DNA of 64,000 bases. It comes from an uncultured Acidobacteriota bacterium. Lineage in GTDB: Bacteria; Acidobacteriota; Terriglobia; Acidiferrales; UBA7541. Position numbers and translations under genes: made by a program. The notes under the pieces were generated by a model. The model had not been told where the DNA came from, did no database searches, and saw nothing but the letters and a program-made list of their open reading frames with translations. Within the stretch, counting starts at the first letter, position 1. Every line of letters begins with the position of its first letter. Below, one piece after another: positions 37,590-48,215 of the stretch. The DNA lies in NCBI GenBank assembly GCA_963785395.1, contig CAWAVH010000018.1:156360-220359 (forward strand). The letters are read 5' to 3'.

Positions 37590-39948
37590 CTACTTCATCG
37601 AGCTATCGTACTCGCGCATCCAGTCTTTGCTTTTGAGAAGTTCGCGCGGCTTGGTGCCATCGGGCGGACCGACGATGCCGTCCTTTTCCATGATGTCAAT
37701 CAAGCGTGCTGCGCGGCCGTAGCCGATGCGCAGTCGGCGTTGCAGAGTGGAAGTGGAAGCGCGTCCAGCTTCGCAAACGACGCGGACGGCGTCTTGATAG
37801 AGCGCGTCGTCGACCTCTTCGTCGCCGCCACCTTCGCCATCGCCGATGGTGGTCGGTCTCTTCGCGTGGAGCTTCGAGCAATTGATTGTTGTAGACGGCC
37901 TTGGCTTGTGCGCGCCAGAAATCGCAAACCGCGACGATTTCATCTTCAGTGACAAGCGAGCCGTGCATGCGATGCAGGCGTGAAGATCCCGCCGGAAGAT
38001 AGAGCATGTCGCCGCGGCCGAGGAGAGATTCGGCGCCATTGGCATCGAGAATCGTGCGCGAGTCAACTTTGCTGGCAACGCGGAAAGAAATGCGGGCAGG
38101 GAAGTTGGCTTTGATAAGTCCGGTGATTACGTCGACTGATGGACGTTGCGTGGCGAGAATTAAATGGATGCCGACGGCGCGAGCCATCTGTGCGAGGCGC
38201 GTGATGGATTCTTCTACGTTATTCGTGTCGACCATCATCAGGTCGGCCAACTCGTCGATGACTACGACGAGGTAGGGAAGCGGCTTGTGCTCGGATTCTT
38301 CCACGTCTTCGAAGAGAGAGAGCGATTCGCCGCGCTGGAAGCTGCGATTGTACTGGTCGATGTTGCGGACGCCGCGCTGCGCGAGCAGTTTGAGGCGGCG
38401 CTCCATTTCGCGCGTGGTATTGCGCAAAACGTTTGACGCAACTTTTGGATCGGTGACGACCGGCGCGAGAAGGTGCGGAATATTTTCGTAGAGGCCCAGT
38501 TCGAGCCGCTTCGGATCGACCATGACGATCTTCAATTCTTCCGGAGTCGCTTTGTAGAGCATCGAAACGATCAGCGAATTCAGGAAAACGCTTTTGCCGG
38601 TGCCCGTGGAGCCGGCAATTAGCAAGTGAGGCATGGACGCCAGATCGGTGATGCGATGGCGCCCGATGAGATCCTTGCCCATTGCGAGAGTTAGCTTCGA
38701 CGCGGAATTGATAAATTCCGGTGATTCGAGCTCGTCGCGCAATGCGATGGTTTGGCGATTCTGATTGGGGACTTCGATGCCGATGGTGGATTTGCCTGGG
38801 ATGCGCTCGATCAGGATTGATTCGGCGCGCAACGCGAGACACAGATCATCGGCAAGACCTGTGATGCGGCTGTACTTGATGCCCGCTTCAGGCTTGAATT
38901 CGTAAGTTGTGACGACGGGGCCGGGATTGATTTGCGTGATGTAGCCGGTGACGTCAAATTCCTTGCATTTTTCTTCGATGGCTTTCGCGCACGCTTTCAA
39001 TTCTTCTTCAGGAAGTTTTTCGCCGCGTTCAGAACTGCGCAGCAAGTTCATTGGAGGAAGTTTGAAACCGCCTGCTGATTTCGCGATTTTGGGATCGCGG
39101 CCAGATTTCGCGGCCGCTGGCGCAGGAGTTTCGGGCTGCTCCTTTTGTTCGCGGAAGCGCAGGACTACGGGGGCGCGCTTGCTGGAACGTTCGGCAGGCT
39201 CGGCGGCCTCGGGTTCCTGTTCTTCTTCATCCAAATTGGCAATCACGGCCTTTTGCATCGGCTTGGCGACGGTGGCCTGTTGCGTCACAGGCTGGCGTCC
39301 GGAAATCTTCACATCTTCCAGGCGTTTTTGCAGGCGCGCCTGTTCGCGCTTCTCTTGCCATTCAAACCAATAATCTTTCGCGCGTTCGAACATGTTTAAT
39401 TTCGCAAACGGCATCTTGGCGAATTTGTGCGGCCGCAATGAATCGAGAATCTTGTGGTGAGAAATAGCGCGGCAAGCAGCGCGGAAATAATCACGAGTTG
39501 CGCGCCAATGACTTCCCAACGCGGCTTCGGCGCCATTCGCGACGAGTTCGCCGAATAATCCTCCCGGAGGAGCGGCACCGCGCACTTCGGGCAAATGCCA
39601 GAGCGCCAGGAGCGCAGGGAAGCCGAGCACCATCAGCGAATAGCCGATCAGGCTGGCGATGGCGGAATCAATTGTCTTGCTGCGGAACCAGCGCGCGCCT
39701 AGCGCGAAAATTCCCGCGGGCAAAAGAAACGCCGCATAGCCAAAACCCTGGAATAGCAAATCGGAGCTGTGCGCTCCTACAGGCCCGATCCAGTTGACAG
39801 GGCGGCTGCTTGCTCCTGCAACATTGAATGATGGATCGTGCGGATTGTAGGAAAGCAAACTCAAAGCAATCAGCAGACCGAAGCTGATGCTTAAGAAGCC
39901 GATCAATTCGTTCAGTCGGCGGTTTTCCGTCGGGGTCAATAAGCGCAC
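37590..39948 (-). CDS. ftsK: DNA translocase FtsK; frameshift ~37870 and a probable compensating pair ~39440/~39530
   Basis: N-terminal TM segments, Walker A LIAGSTGTGKS, ILATQRPSVDVITGLIKANFPARISFRV (ORF 37696..40047), and the gamma domain LQRRLRIGYGRAARLIDIMEKDGIVGP (ORF 37590..38078). GTG at 39948 is preceded by AAGGAG. The TM4-like IGAQLVIISALLAALFLTTRFSI is in ORF 39396..39578. Confidence 0.9.
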
Positions 39949-40003
39949 ACACTTCTCCTTGATGGCGGATAGCGGTGAATCTTTGCCCCTCGGGGCGCGG
40001 GCG

Positions 40004-40849
40004 CTATCGCGCGGGTCCGAGGTGGAGGAACACGAACAACAGGACAACTATACCTAAGAGAATTCGATACACAACGAAAAGCTTGAAGGTGTGTGTCTGG
40101 AGATAACGCAGAAAAAACGCGATCACGGCGTAGCCCACGATTGCGGAAACGGCAATGGCGATGAAAAGCGTCGACATCGGCAGATCTAGAGTTCCCGCGC
40201 GATGAGCATGTATTAATTTGGGAAGCTCTTTTAGGCCTGCGCCTGCGATTAGCGGTGTGGAAAGCAAAAAGGAAAATCGCGCAGCGGTGGCGCGGGTCAT
40301 GCCGCGGAAGAGGCCGGTAGTGATGGTGATGCCGGAGCGCGAAACGCCCGGGAAAAGCGCGAGAGCTTGCGCGCCGCCGATGGCGAGCGCGTCGCCCATC
40401 GTTGTTTGCGAAAGGTCGCGGCTGAGCCGTGTTGCGCGATCAGCCCACCACATCAGCAGACCGACTGCAATTAGCAGCGTTGCGATAATTGCGGGCTGCT
40501 GAAATCTTTCTTCGATTGTTTTTTCGAATAGCGCGCCTACAATCGCTCCGGGAATCGTGCCGATCACCAGATACCAGAACAATCGCTTGCGCCATGCTAG
40601 ATCTTCCGGATTTCCGGCCAGGGAATTGCGCATCCCAATACCCGCGAAAAACAGTTCCACCCATTCGCGAAGAAAATAAATGAGCACGGCCGCGAGAGTT
40701 CCCATATGAAGCGCGACATCGAATGCCAGGCCGGGTTCCGTCCAGCCCGCGAACCACGGAATCAGCACAAGATGCGCGCTGCTGCTGATGGGCAGAAATT
40801 CGGTGAGTCCCTGAACGACTGCCAGAATGATTGCTTGGGCGAGGGGCAT
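40004..40849 (-). CDS. uppP: Undecaprenyl-diphosphate phosphatase
   Basis: AVVQGLTEFLPISSSAHL, FDVALHMGT and PGVSRSGITI are BacA/UppP signature motifs. Intact 281 aa. Confidence 0.93.
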   Translation of the reverse strand: MPLAQAIILAVVQGLTEFLPISSSAHLVLIPWFAGWTEPGLAFDVALHMGTLAAVLIYFLREWVELFFAGIGMRNSLAGNPEDLAWRKRLFWYLVIGTIPGAIVGALFEKTIEERFQQPAIIATLLIAVGLLMWWADRATRLSRDLSQTTMGDALAIGGAQALALFPGVSRSGITITTGLFRGMTRATAARFSFLLSTPLIAGAGLKELPKLIHAHRAGTLDLPMSTLFIAIAVSAIVGYAVIAFFLRYLQTHTFKLFVVYRILLGIVVLLFVFLHLGPAR

Positions 40850-40885
40850 GCTTATTAGAGCTCCGATTCGTTCGTTCAGTGCTTT

Positions 40886-41353
40886 CTACGCGGCCGGTTT
40901 GTGCGCGATGTGCTTGATCATGTAGTAGGCGTCGACGTTGCGCAGATAATAGTTTCGGATCACGCCGGCAGAAAGATAGCCGTGGCGCGTCCAGAACGCA
41001 ACGGCGGCGGCGTTGTCAGTTGCGGTTTCGAGCATGATCTCGCGAACGCCACGCGCGGCGAGTTGCGTTTCGATCGCGGCGTAAAGTTGCGAGCCGATTT
41101 GCTGACGGCGGGCAGCGGGATCTACGTCGAGAGTAATGATGTGCGCTTCAGGCGGCGCGGATTCGGCGACGATGAAACCGGTGATGTGCGGGTTTTCATT
41201 ATTTTCGGCGACGATGCAAATCGCTCCGGGAATCGCAAGATATTGGCGGAGGGTGCGCTTTGAGTACGCGATTCCGCGTGGGTAGCAAATCTGATCGAGC
41301 TGGAAGAGCGCATCAAAATCTGCTGGACTGTACGGACGCAGCATCGGACGCAA
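40886..41353 (-). CDS. GNAT-family N-acetyltransferase (RimI-like)
   Basis: ITLDVDPAARRQQIGSQLY...ETATDNAAAVAFWTRHGY is the acetyl-CoA binding Q/RxxGxG/A-like motif in a 155-aa ORF. Confidence 0.8.
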   Translation of the reverse strand: MRPMLRPYSPADFDALFQLDQICYPRGIAYSKRTLRQYLAIPGAICIVAENNENPHITGFIVAESAPPEAHIITLDVDPAARRQQIGSQLYAAIETQLAARGVREIMLETATDNAAAVAFWTRHGYLSAGVIRNYYLRNVDAYYMIKHIAHKPAA

Positions 41354-41370
41354 CTCTTACGCGCTGAGAA

Positions 41371-43039
41371 TCAGACTTCGAGAATCACCGGCAAGATGAG
41401 CGGGCGCTTGGAAGTCTGCTTCTTGAAATAATGCTTCAAGTCCACGCGAATTTTTTCCTTGATGACACTGTAATCGGAAGTTTCCTCGGCGTTGGATTGT
41501 TCGATAGTGCGCAGCATTACCGCACGCGCGCCTGCCATGATTTCCGTGTTGTCGTCGGAGGGCAAAAAGCCGCGGCTTACAATTTCTGGCTGCGATCCAG
41601 CGCGGCCATTGTGCTTATCAATGGCGATGATGGGGACTACCACGCCATCTTCGGAGAGATGTCGCCGGTCGCGGATCACTACCTCTTCAATTTCCTCGAG
41701 TGAGCCGGAATCCACCAGCACGCGGCCTGCAACAACGGGCTCGCGGCGATAAGCTCCGCCATCGGGAGTGAATTCGATCGGCTGGCCATCTTCAATCAGC
41801 AGAATTTCTCCGCTCACCGCGCCGACCTGATGCGCGATCGCCGCGTGCCGGAATAATTGGCGGTATTCGCCGTGAACTGGAACAAAATATTTCGGCCGCA
41901 CGAGATTGAGCAGGAGTTTTTGTTCTTCCTGGCTCGCGTGTCCGGAAGTATGAATCGTGCCGCCGGAATTATCGTAGTAGACGAGCGCGCGGCGACGGAA
42001 CATGTGGTCCAGCATGCGGAAAATTGCTTTTTCGTTGCCGGGAATGATTCGCGCGGAAAGGATTACGGTGTCTTGCTCGTCGACACTGAGCATGCGGTGG
42101 TTATCAACGGAAATTCGCGAGAGCGATGACATCGGCTCTGCCTGGCTTCCGCTGATCAGTACCACAAGTTTTTGCGGGTCGAACGCACGAAGATCCTGCG
42201 GGCGGACGACCATGCCATCCGGAATTCGCAGATAGCCAAGCTGATGCGCGATTTCAACGTTATCCACCATGCTGCGGCCAACGAAACCCAACTTTGCGGC
42301 CGACGGTGGCGGCAACGTCTACGATTTGCTGAATGCGGTGGATGGACGAGGCGAAACACGAAACCAAAACTTTTCGCGGAGCTGCGCGGCAGAGTTCTTC
42401 GATGCGCGGGCCAACGGCGCGTTCGGAAAGCGTGGCGCCGGGACGCTCGATGTTGGTGCTGTCGCTGAAGAGTGCGAGGACGCCTTCGCTTCCGTATCGC
42501 GCGAAAGCGTGCAGATCAAAAATGTGGTTGTCCAGCGGCGTCGGATCAATTTTGAAATCGCCAGTGTGGATGATCACTCCCACCGGCGTGCGCACGGCAA
42601 GCGCGACGCAATCTACCGTGCTGTGCGTTACGGAAATGAATTCGATACCAAACGGACCGATCTTGATCGTCGAGCCGGCTTTCACTTCGTTGAGCTTGGC
42701 GCTTTCTGCGAGGCCGTGCTCTTCGAGGCGGCGCTTTACCAGCGCGAGCGTGAATCGCGTGCCGTAGATCGGCACATTGAGATCGCGGAGAATGTAGGGC
42801 AGCGATCCGATGTGATCTTCGTGGCAATGCGTGAGCACGATGGCCTTAACCATCGCTTTGTGCTGCTTCAGGTAGGTGATGTCAGGAATTACGATGTCGA
42901 CGCCGAGCAACTCAGCTTCGGGGAACATCATTCCGGCGTCGATCACGATGATGTCGTCCCCGAATCGCAGGGCGAGCATGTTCATGCCGAACTCGCCCAA
43001 ACCGCCTAAAGGAATTGCCCAGAGAGATTTTTGACTCAA
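41371..43039 (-). CDS. rnj: Ribonuclease J (beta-CASP metallo-beta-lactamase RNase); one apparent frameshift ~42290
   Basis: GGLGEFGMNM, VLTHCHEDHIGSLPY and HTGDFK are in ORF 42260..43039. The beta-CASP and C-terminal domains (SGSQAEPMSSLSRI, IHTSGHASQEE, VPVHGEYR) are in ORF 41371..42315. Confidence 0.9.
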
Positions 43040-43189
43040 AATAAACTCCGCATGAGAGACATCATCTTATCACGTTACTTCCCGTTTAGAATGCGAATAG
43101 GCGATTCAGCGCAGCGCTGAACGTTCTTGCGGCACGCGACACTACTTCCAAAATTTGCAGCAAAGAATATTTACAGAAGGAAGCTCAAC

Positions 43190-43489
43190 CTAATCGTTGT
43201 TGCCGCCGGAAAATAGGCGAGCGATCGCGACTAAGACGACCGCGCCAACCGTGGCTGCAGCGAGGGAATAAATGGTTCCGCCGCCAAAAATTCCCAGTTT
43301 GGAGAAAATCCAGCCGCCCAGCACCGCTCCGATTAATCCGAGAATAATGTTGCCGAGGCAACCGAATCCCCGTCCTCGAGAAATTAGACCGGCGATCCAG
43401 CCTGCGATTAACCCGATGACGATCCATGCGATCAGCGAGGTGCGAAAATCAAGAACCCAGACGCGATTCTGAAGCAGCATCAAGAGCAT
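43190..43489 (-). CDS. GlsB/YeaQ/YmgE-family (transglycosylase-associated) stress membrane protein
   Basis: IAWIVIGLIAGWIAGLISRGRGFGCLGNIILGLIGAVLGGWIF is the family signature. The internal ATG at 43489 is preferred over the GTG at 43567. Confidence 0.8.
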   Translation of the reverse strand: MLLMLLQNRVWVLDFRTSLIAWIVIGLIAGWIAGLISRGRGFGCLGNIILGLIGAVLGGWIFSKLGIFGGGTIYSLAAATVGAVVLVAIARLFSGGNND

Positions 43490-43588
43490 GAAAGGACTCC
43501 TAGAGCGCGAGGTGCCGGCGAAAGTCGGCGGGACGCCCGCATTGTAACTCAACACGATTTGATTCACGAGAGTTTGAAAGGTTTGCCG

Positions 43589-44680
43589 CTAGCCGTGCGC
43601 GGGCTCCTGTTGCGTCATGCAGTGGATGGTTCCGAGACCCAAGACTAGATCGCGGCAGGCAATCGCAATAATTTTACGATCAGGAAAAAGAGACGCGAGG
43701 GTATTGAGCGCAACGCGATCGTTCGCATCACTAAATGTGGGGACGAGTACGAGTTTATTCGCGATATAAAAATTCGCGTAGCTCGCGGGAAGGCGTTGTC
43801 CGTCGAAGAATACGGGCGCGGGCATAGGCAATGTTTCCACGCGCAAGGGATGTCCATCCTGGTCGCGCATTTGTTTCAGCAGCGCTAAATTCTCTTGCAG
43901 CGGAGAATAATTTGCGTCAGACCGATTCTCTTCAACTACCGTGACAACCGTCGTAGCGTTTACAAACCGCGCCAGGTCGTCCACGTGTCCGTGCGTGTCG
44001 TCTCCCGTGATTCCATTTTTCAGCCACAGCACATTCGTCGCGCCTAAGTAGTCGCGAAAAATAGTTTCAATCTCTTCGCGAGCAACCCCCGGATTGCGCG
44101 CCTGCACGTCGCTCAGCAGACATTCTTCCGTGGTCATCAAAGTACCGCGGCCGTTTACTTCGATGCTGCCGCCTTCAAGCACTACACGGCATTTCTTGTG
44201 CTCGGGTTGCCACACGTGATGTTTCGTTTCACTGTTCGCTTTTGTAAAAGCCACGGAATCTTTGCGCGCGTTGTCGTATTTCGCCCAGGCGTTAAAGAGC
44301 CAGTGCGTCGCAGCCACTTCGTTCGTTGCATTCTTGATGAAAATCGGACCGAAATCTCGAATCCATCCGCGATCGGTGGGCACGCGAATAAATTCCACGG
44401 AATCAAGATCGGCGTGCGATTTTTTCAAGACCGAAATAGCTTTTATTTCCGCCGCGCGATCGTTCACCAGTATTCGCACGCGCTCAACTTTTGCAAGATG
44501 CCGGACAATATCCGCATACACCCACGGAATCGGCGAGAATTTTCCGGGCCAGTCTGTCAGTTCATGCGGCCACGCAAGCCACGTCGCCGCGTGCGGGTCC
44601 CACTCCGCCGGCATTCGATAGCCCAGCGAAAATGGAGTCGGTTGCGATTTCACTTTCGTCGCGCTCATTCGTCGAGCCAC
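43589..44680 (-). CDS. aguA: Agmatine deiminase
   Basis: YRMPAEWDPHAATWLAWPH..DWPGKF, WIRDFGPIF, EGGSIEVNG and the C-terminal catalytic GLGTIHCMTQQEP. Intact. Confidence 0.9.
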   Translation of the reverse strand: MARRMSATKVKSQPTPFSLGYRMPAEWDPHAATWLAWPHELTDWPGKFSPIPWVYADIVRHLAKVERVRILVNDRAAEIKAISVLKKSHADLDSVEFIRVPTDRGWIRDFGPIFIKNATNEVAATHWLFNAWAKYDNARKDSVAFTKANSETKHHVWQPEHKKCRVVLEGGSIEVNGRGTLMTTEECLLSDVQARNPGVAREEIETIFRDYLGATNVLWLKNGITGDDTHGHVDDLARFVNATTVVTVVEENRSDANYSPLQENLALLKQMRDQDGHPLRVETLPMPAPVFFDGQRLPASYANFYIANKLVLVPTFSDANDRVALNTLASLFPDRKIIAIACRDLVLGLGTIHCMTQQEPAHG

Positions 44681-45571
44681 CTTTGTAGTATCGGTTGATA
44701 AGCGTCGATGCGGCGGTCACGCAAAAACGGCCAATTGCGGCGCGTGTCCTCGGATTTGGCAGGATCGCATTCCACCACCAAAATCTCTTCCTTCTTATCG
44801 CCCGCTTCGGCCAGCATCTCGCCAAACGGGCTTGCGACAAAGGAATGGCCCCAGAATTCGAGCCCCGCTTTTTTTGTTCCTTCGAATCCGACGCGATTTG
44901 CGACGGCGATGTAAGTTCCATTCGCAATCGCGTGCGAGCGCTGAATCGTTTGCCACGCATCGAGTTGCGCCGCTCCGAATTTCTTTTTCTCGCTCGGATG
45001 CCAGCCGATGCTCGTTGGATAAAAAATCACCTGCGCGCCTTGCAGCGCAACAAGTCGTGAACCCTCCGGATACCACTGGTCCCAACAGATTTGCACACCA
45101 ATGCGCGCATACTTCGTATCGAAAACCGGGAATCCTAAATCACCGGGCGTGAAATAGAATTTTTCGAAATAGAGCGGATCATCCGGAATGTGCATCTTGC
45201 GGTATCGCCCAAGCATCGATCCATCCGCGTCAATCACCACAGCCGAATTGTGATACACACCGGCGGCGCGTCGCTCAAACACGGAAACCACTAACGCCAC
45301 GGACTTTTCTCTTGCCACCGCTGCGAGTGTTTCCGTCGTTGGACCAGGAATGCTCTCGGCTAGCGCGAATAAATCCGCATTTTCTTCGCGGCAGAAATAT
45401 TCGGAGCCAAACAATTCGTCGATGCAAATAATTTGCGCGCCGCGCGTTCGCTGCTTCTCGAACCTTTTCTGCGGCGCGCGAGCGATTTTCGTCCCCGTTC
45501 GCCGTCGAACGCATTTGGATCAGTCCAACCGTAAACTTTTTCGTCGCGGCGCTGCCGTTCTCACGAGCCAT
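44665..45571 (-). CDS. aguB: N-carbamoylputrescine amidase (nitrilase superfamily); one apparent frameshift ~45435
   Basis: The N-terminus MARENGSAATKKFTVGLIQM is in ORF 45275..45622. The core ELFGSEYFC..., YRKMHIPDDP.YFEKFYFTPG and the catalytic CWDQWYPE are in ORF 44665..45414. It overlaps the aguA start by 16 nt. Confidence 0.88.
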
Positions 45572-45756
45572 GCTAAGAATCCTACCATGTCCTTGCATGG
45601 AAAAAATCTGTGCCGGTCTCAATTTCTCTCTTTCTTTGCGCTCGGATTTCTAATATTAATTAATTCCAATTCGGCGGCGATTTTATTTTACAAAAAATAG
45701 TTTTTGTTGCCTTCGCGTGTGTAAGATGTGACGCATAAATCCATTTTGGAGAGCCG

Positions 45757-46842
45757 ATGGCAAAAGCAAAAAAGACGGTGACGGGCCGCGTGCTTCACAA
45801 TCCGGTGAAGGACAAGCTCAGACCAACTTTCCCGCTGGATCTTTCCAAGGTGCACTCGATCGACGATCTCGTCCGCGCCATGGGCGAAACCGCGTTTACC
45901 GGCCGCCAGGTGGGCGATGCGGCTGACGTTCTTGAAGCGATGGCGCGCGACAAAGAGTGTTTCGTGGTCTTGACTCTTTCCGGCGCGATGACCGTCGCGA
46001 AGATGGGCCTGATTTTTTGCGACCTCGTGGAATCCGGCATTGTGAAAGCAATTGTTTCCACGGGCGCGCTGATGGCGCACGGCCTGGTGGAAGCCACGGG
46101 GCTGAAACATTATCGTTACGATCCCAAAATGAATGACCGCGAACTTTTTCGCGCCGGTTACAACCGCGTCTACGATTCGCTCGAACCAGAAACGAATCTC
46201 GATCACGTGGAAGAGGTCGTTCAGAAAATTTTGAACGATTGGGACGCTTCCGAAGTGATGTGCAGTTGGAAATTTAATCGCAAGATCGGCGAGTATCTTC
46301 AGAAAATTACAACGGGACGCGGAATCTTGAAAACCGCGGCGCAATGTAACGTGCCGGTATTCGTTCCCGCTTTCACGGATTCGGAATTGGGCATCGATTT
46401 CGCATTGCATCAGCGCTCGCGCAAACGCCGCAACGCGCAGCCGCTTCGCTACGATCCATTCGAAGATTTCGAATATTTCGCGAAAACCATGATCGGAAAA
46501 AAGAAAATTGGCATCGTGACCATCGGCGGTGGCGTGCCGCGCAACTGGTCGCAGCAATTTGGAGTATTCGCCGAACTGCTCGCTCGCCGCGGCTACGAAA
46601 AATTGCCGCTGAAACGTTATCACTACGGCTTGCGCATTTGTCCCGAACCGGTGCATTGGGGCGGCCTTTCCGGCAGCACTTACTCCGAAGCGATTTCGTG
46701 GGGCAAATTTGTGCCGCCGGAAGAGGGCGGAAAATTTGCGGAAGTTCTCGACGACGCAACCGTCGCGCTTCCACTTGTGGTCGCGGCCGTGCTTGAGCGC
46801 CTGAAATACTTTAAGCGCGGGAAAAAACGCGCCGCAAAGTAA
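45757..46842 (+). CDS. Deoxyhypusine synthase family protein (bacterial DHS homologue; possible homospermidine synthase)
   Basis: Intact 361-aa ORF. LTLSGAMTVAKMG, STGALMAHG, VPAFTDSELGID, TIGGGVPRNW and YSEAISWGK give the DHS fold pattern. Confidence 0.85.
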   Translation: MAKAKKTVTGRVLHNPVKDKLRPTFPLDLSKVHSIDDLVRAMGETAFTGRQVGDAADVLEAMARDKECFVVLTLSGAMTVAKMGLIFCDLVESGIVKAIVSTGALMAHGLVEATGLKHYRYDPKMNDRELFRAGYNRVYDSLEPETNLDHVEEVVQKILNDWDASEVMCSWKFNRKIGEYLQKITTGRGILKTAAQCNVPVFVPAFTDSELGIDFALHQRSRKRRNAQPLRYDPFEDFEYFAKTMIGKKKIGIVTIGGGVPRNWSQQFGVFAELLARRGYEKLPLKRYHYGLRICPEPVHWGGLSGSTYSEAISWGKFVPPEEGGKFAEVLDDATVALPLVVAAVLERLKYFKRGKKRAAK

Positions 46843-46874
46843 TAATCCAGCGATCCCTTTTCGCGCGGTGAATT

Positions 46875-47480
46875 GTGGCTGCAAAAACTTCAAAGGGCCT
46901 AACCGACGAATCCTACAAAGCGCGCATCGGCGATGCAGCCCTCATCGAAAAGAGCGGCAAGAATTGGGCGCAGTGGTTCGCGATTTTGGATAAATCCGGC
47001 GCCGCGAAATTGAATCACCCCGAAATCGCCGACATTCTCTACTCGAAGCACAAAGTTCCCGGCTGGTGGGCCCAAATGATTTCCGTTGGCTACGAACAGG
47101 CCCGCGGAATTCGCGGGAAGTATGAAAGCTGCAACTCCACGTTCAGCGCGAACTGCAGCCGCACCTTCGCCTGCAACGTGAAAAATATTTTCCGCGCGTG
47201 GTCCAACGACGCGGAACGCAAAGCGTGGCTCAGCTCCGATAAACTTGTGATTTCAAAAATAAATGAAAACAAGACTGTCCGCGGCGCCTGGGACGGCGCA
47301 AGCCGCGTCGAAATTCGATTCACTCCAAGAGGGGAAGGGAAGACTCAAATCGCCGTCGATCACATGAATCTCGCCGACAGCGCTGCCGTGGAAAAAATGA
47401 AAGCGTTTTGGGCGAAAAATTTAGAGAAATCTCAGGGAAAAAGTGGAAGTACCCGCTGGCGCCAGGTCAAAGCGCGCTAA
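46875..47480 (+). CDS. DUF4287 domain protein with SRPBCC/AHSA1-like C-terminal half
   Basis: GTG start. KNWAQWFAILDKSGAAKLNHPEIADILYSKHKVPGWWAQMISVGYEQARG is the DUF4287 pattern. The C-terminal part is beta-rich (RVEIRFTPRGEGKTQIAVDH). Confidence 0.65.
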   Translation: MAAKTSKGLTDESYKARIGDAALIEKSGKNWAQWFAILDKSGAAKLNHPEIADILYSKHKVPGWWAQMISVGYEQARGIRGKYESCNSTFSANCSRTFACNVKNIFRAWSNDAERKAWLSSDKLVISKINENKTVRGAWDGASRVEIRFTPRGEGKTQIAVDHMNLADSAAVEKMKAFWAKNLEKSQGKSGSTRWRQVKAR

Positions 47481-47483
47481 GAA

Positions 47484-48038
47484 CTAATCGCCCTCAAGCA
47501 GAATCGCCGCCGAAAGCACCGTAGTCCACAATCCGCGCTTGTCTCCTACGGCAGATTGAGTGATGTTCAGCGTGCGCACGATCTTGTTGGAGATTCTGTA
47601 GACTTCTTTTTTCTCGTCCCACGAAAGCGCCGCATCGAATTCCACATTCAGCGTCGTGGCGAGCATTTCCGCGGCGAGCTCTTCGGTATATTCGCCCGCG
47701 ACTTCTTCGGTTTCGCCGAATGAATGATGCTCCGACAAATATCCATACATCGATTTGTCAGACGGCAGCGCGAGTCCCACGCCAGCCGCGATCAATCGGT
47801 GCGGTTCGCGCGTGGAATTTTCGCTGATCACCGTGAACGCCACTTGTCCGGGCTTAATGTGCTTCAATCCTTCGCTGCGCGAAATCAATTTGCAGTTTGG
47901 CGGAAAAATACTGGAGACGCGCACGATGTTGCACGCCGCGATTCCCGCATTGCGCAACGCGAGCTCAAAGCTCGAGAGACGCTCCCGATGTTTTCCTACG
48001 CCTTTTGTGAGAAAAATTTTCTTCGCGACGAACGCCAT
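47484..48038 (-). CDS. pdaD: Pyruvoyl-dependent arginine decarboxylase
   Basis: MAFVAKKIFLTKGVGKHRERLSSFELALRNAGIAACNIVRVSSIFPP contains the self-cleaving Ser-Ser site. The ORF-track N-terminal extension to 48137 is unlikely. Confidence 0.85.
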   Translation of the reverse strand: MAFVAKKIFLTKGVGKHRERLSSFELALRNAGIAACNIVRVSSIFPPNCKLISRSEGLKHIKPGQVAFTVISENSTREPHRLIAAGVGLALPSDKSMYGYLSEHHSFGETEEVAGEYTEELAAEMLATTLNVEFDAALSWDEKKEVYRISNKIVRTLNITQSAVGDKRGLWTTVLSAAILLEGD

Positions 48039-48215
48039 GTACTGTTTTGGGCTCCGGTGTCTGCAGTCAGATGAACTGCTCGGCAATGATAGCGCGAAAG
48101 CGAGCGCGAAAATAGCAAGAACGCCGCGCACTGTCAATGCGATTCACAGATTTGTGGAAGAATTCTTCTTCGAGTAACAATTCGCAGTGCGATTCGCCGC
48201 AAAAAAGCGCCGCAT

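Noticed and set aside
45688-46893. 401-aa ORF on the minus strand
   Set aside because: It is antisense to the intact deoxyhypusine-synthase homologue and has no recognisable motifs, so it is a shadow ORF.
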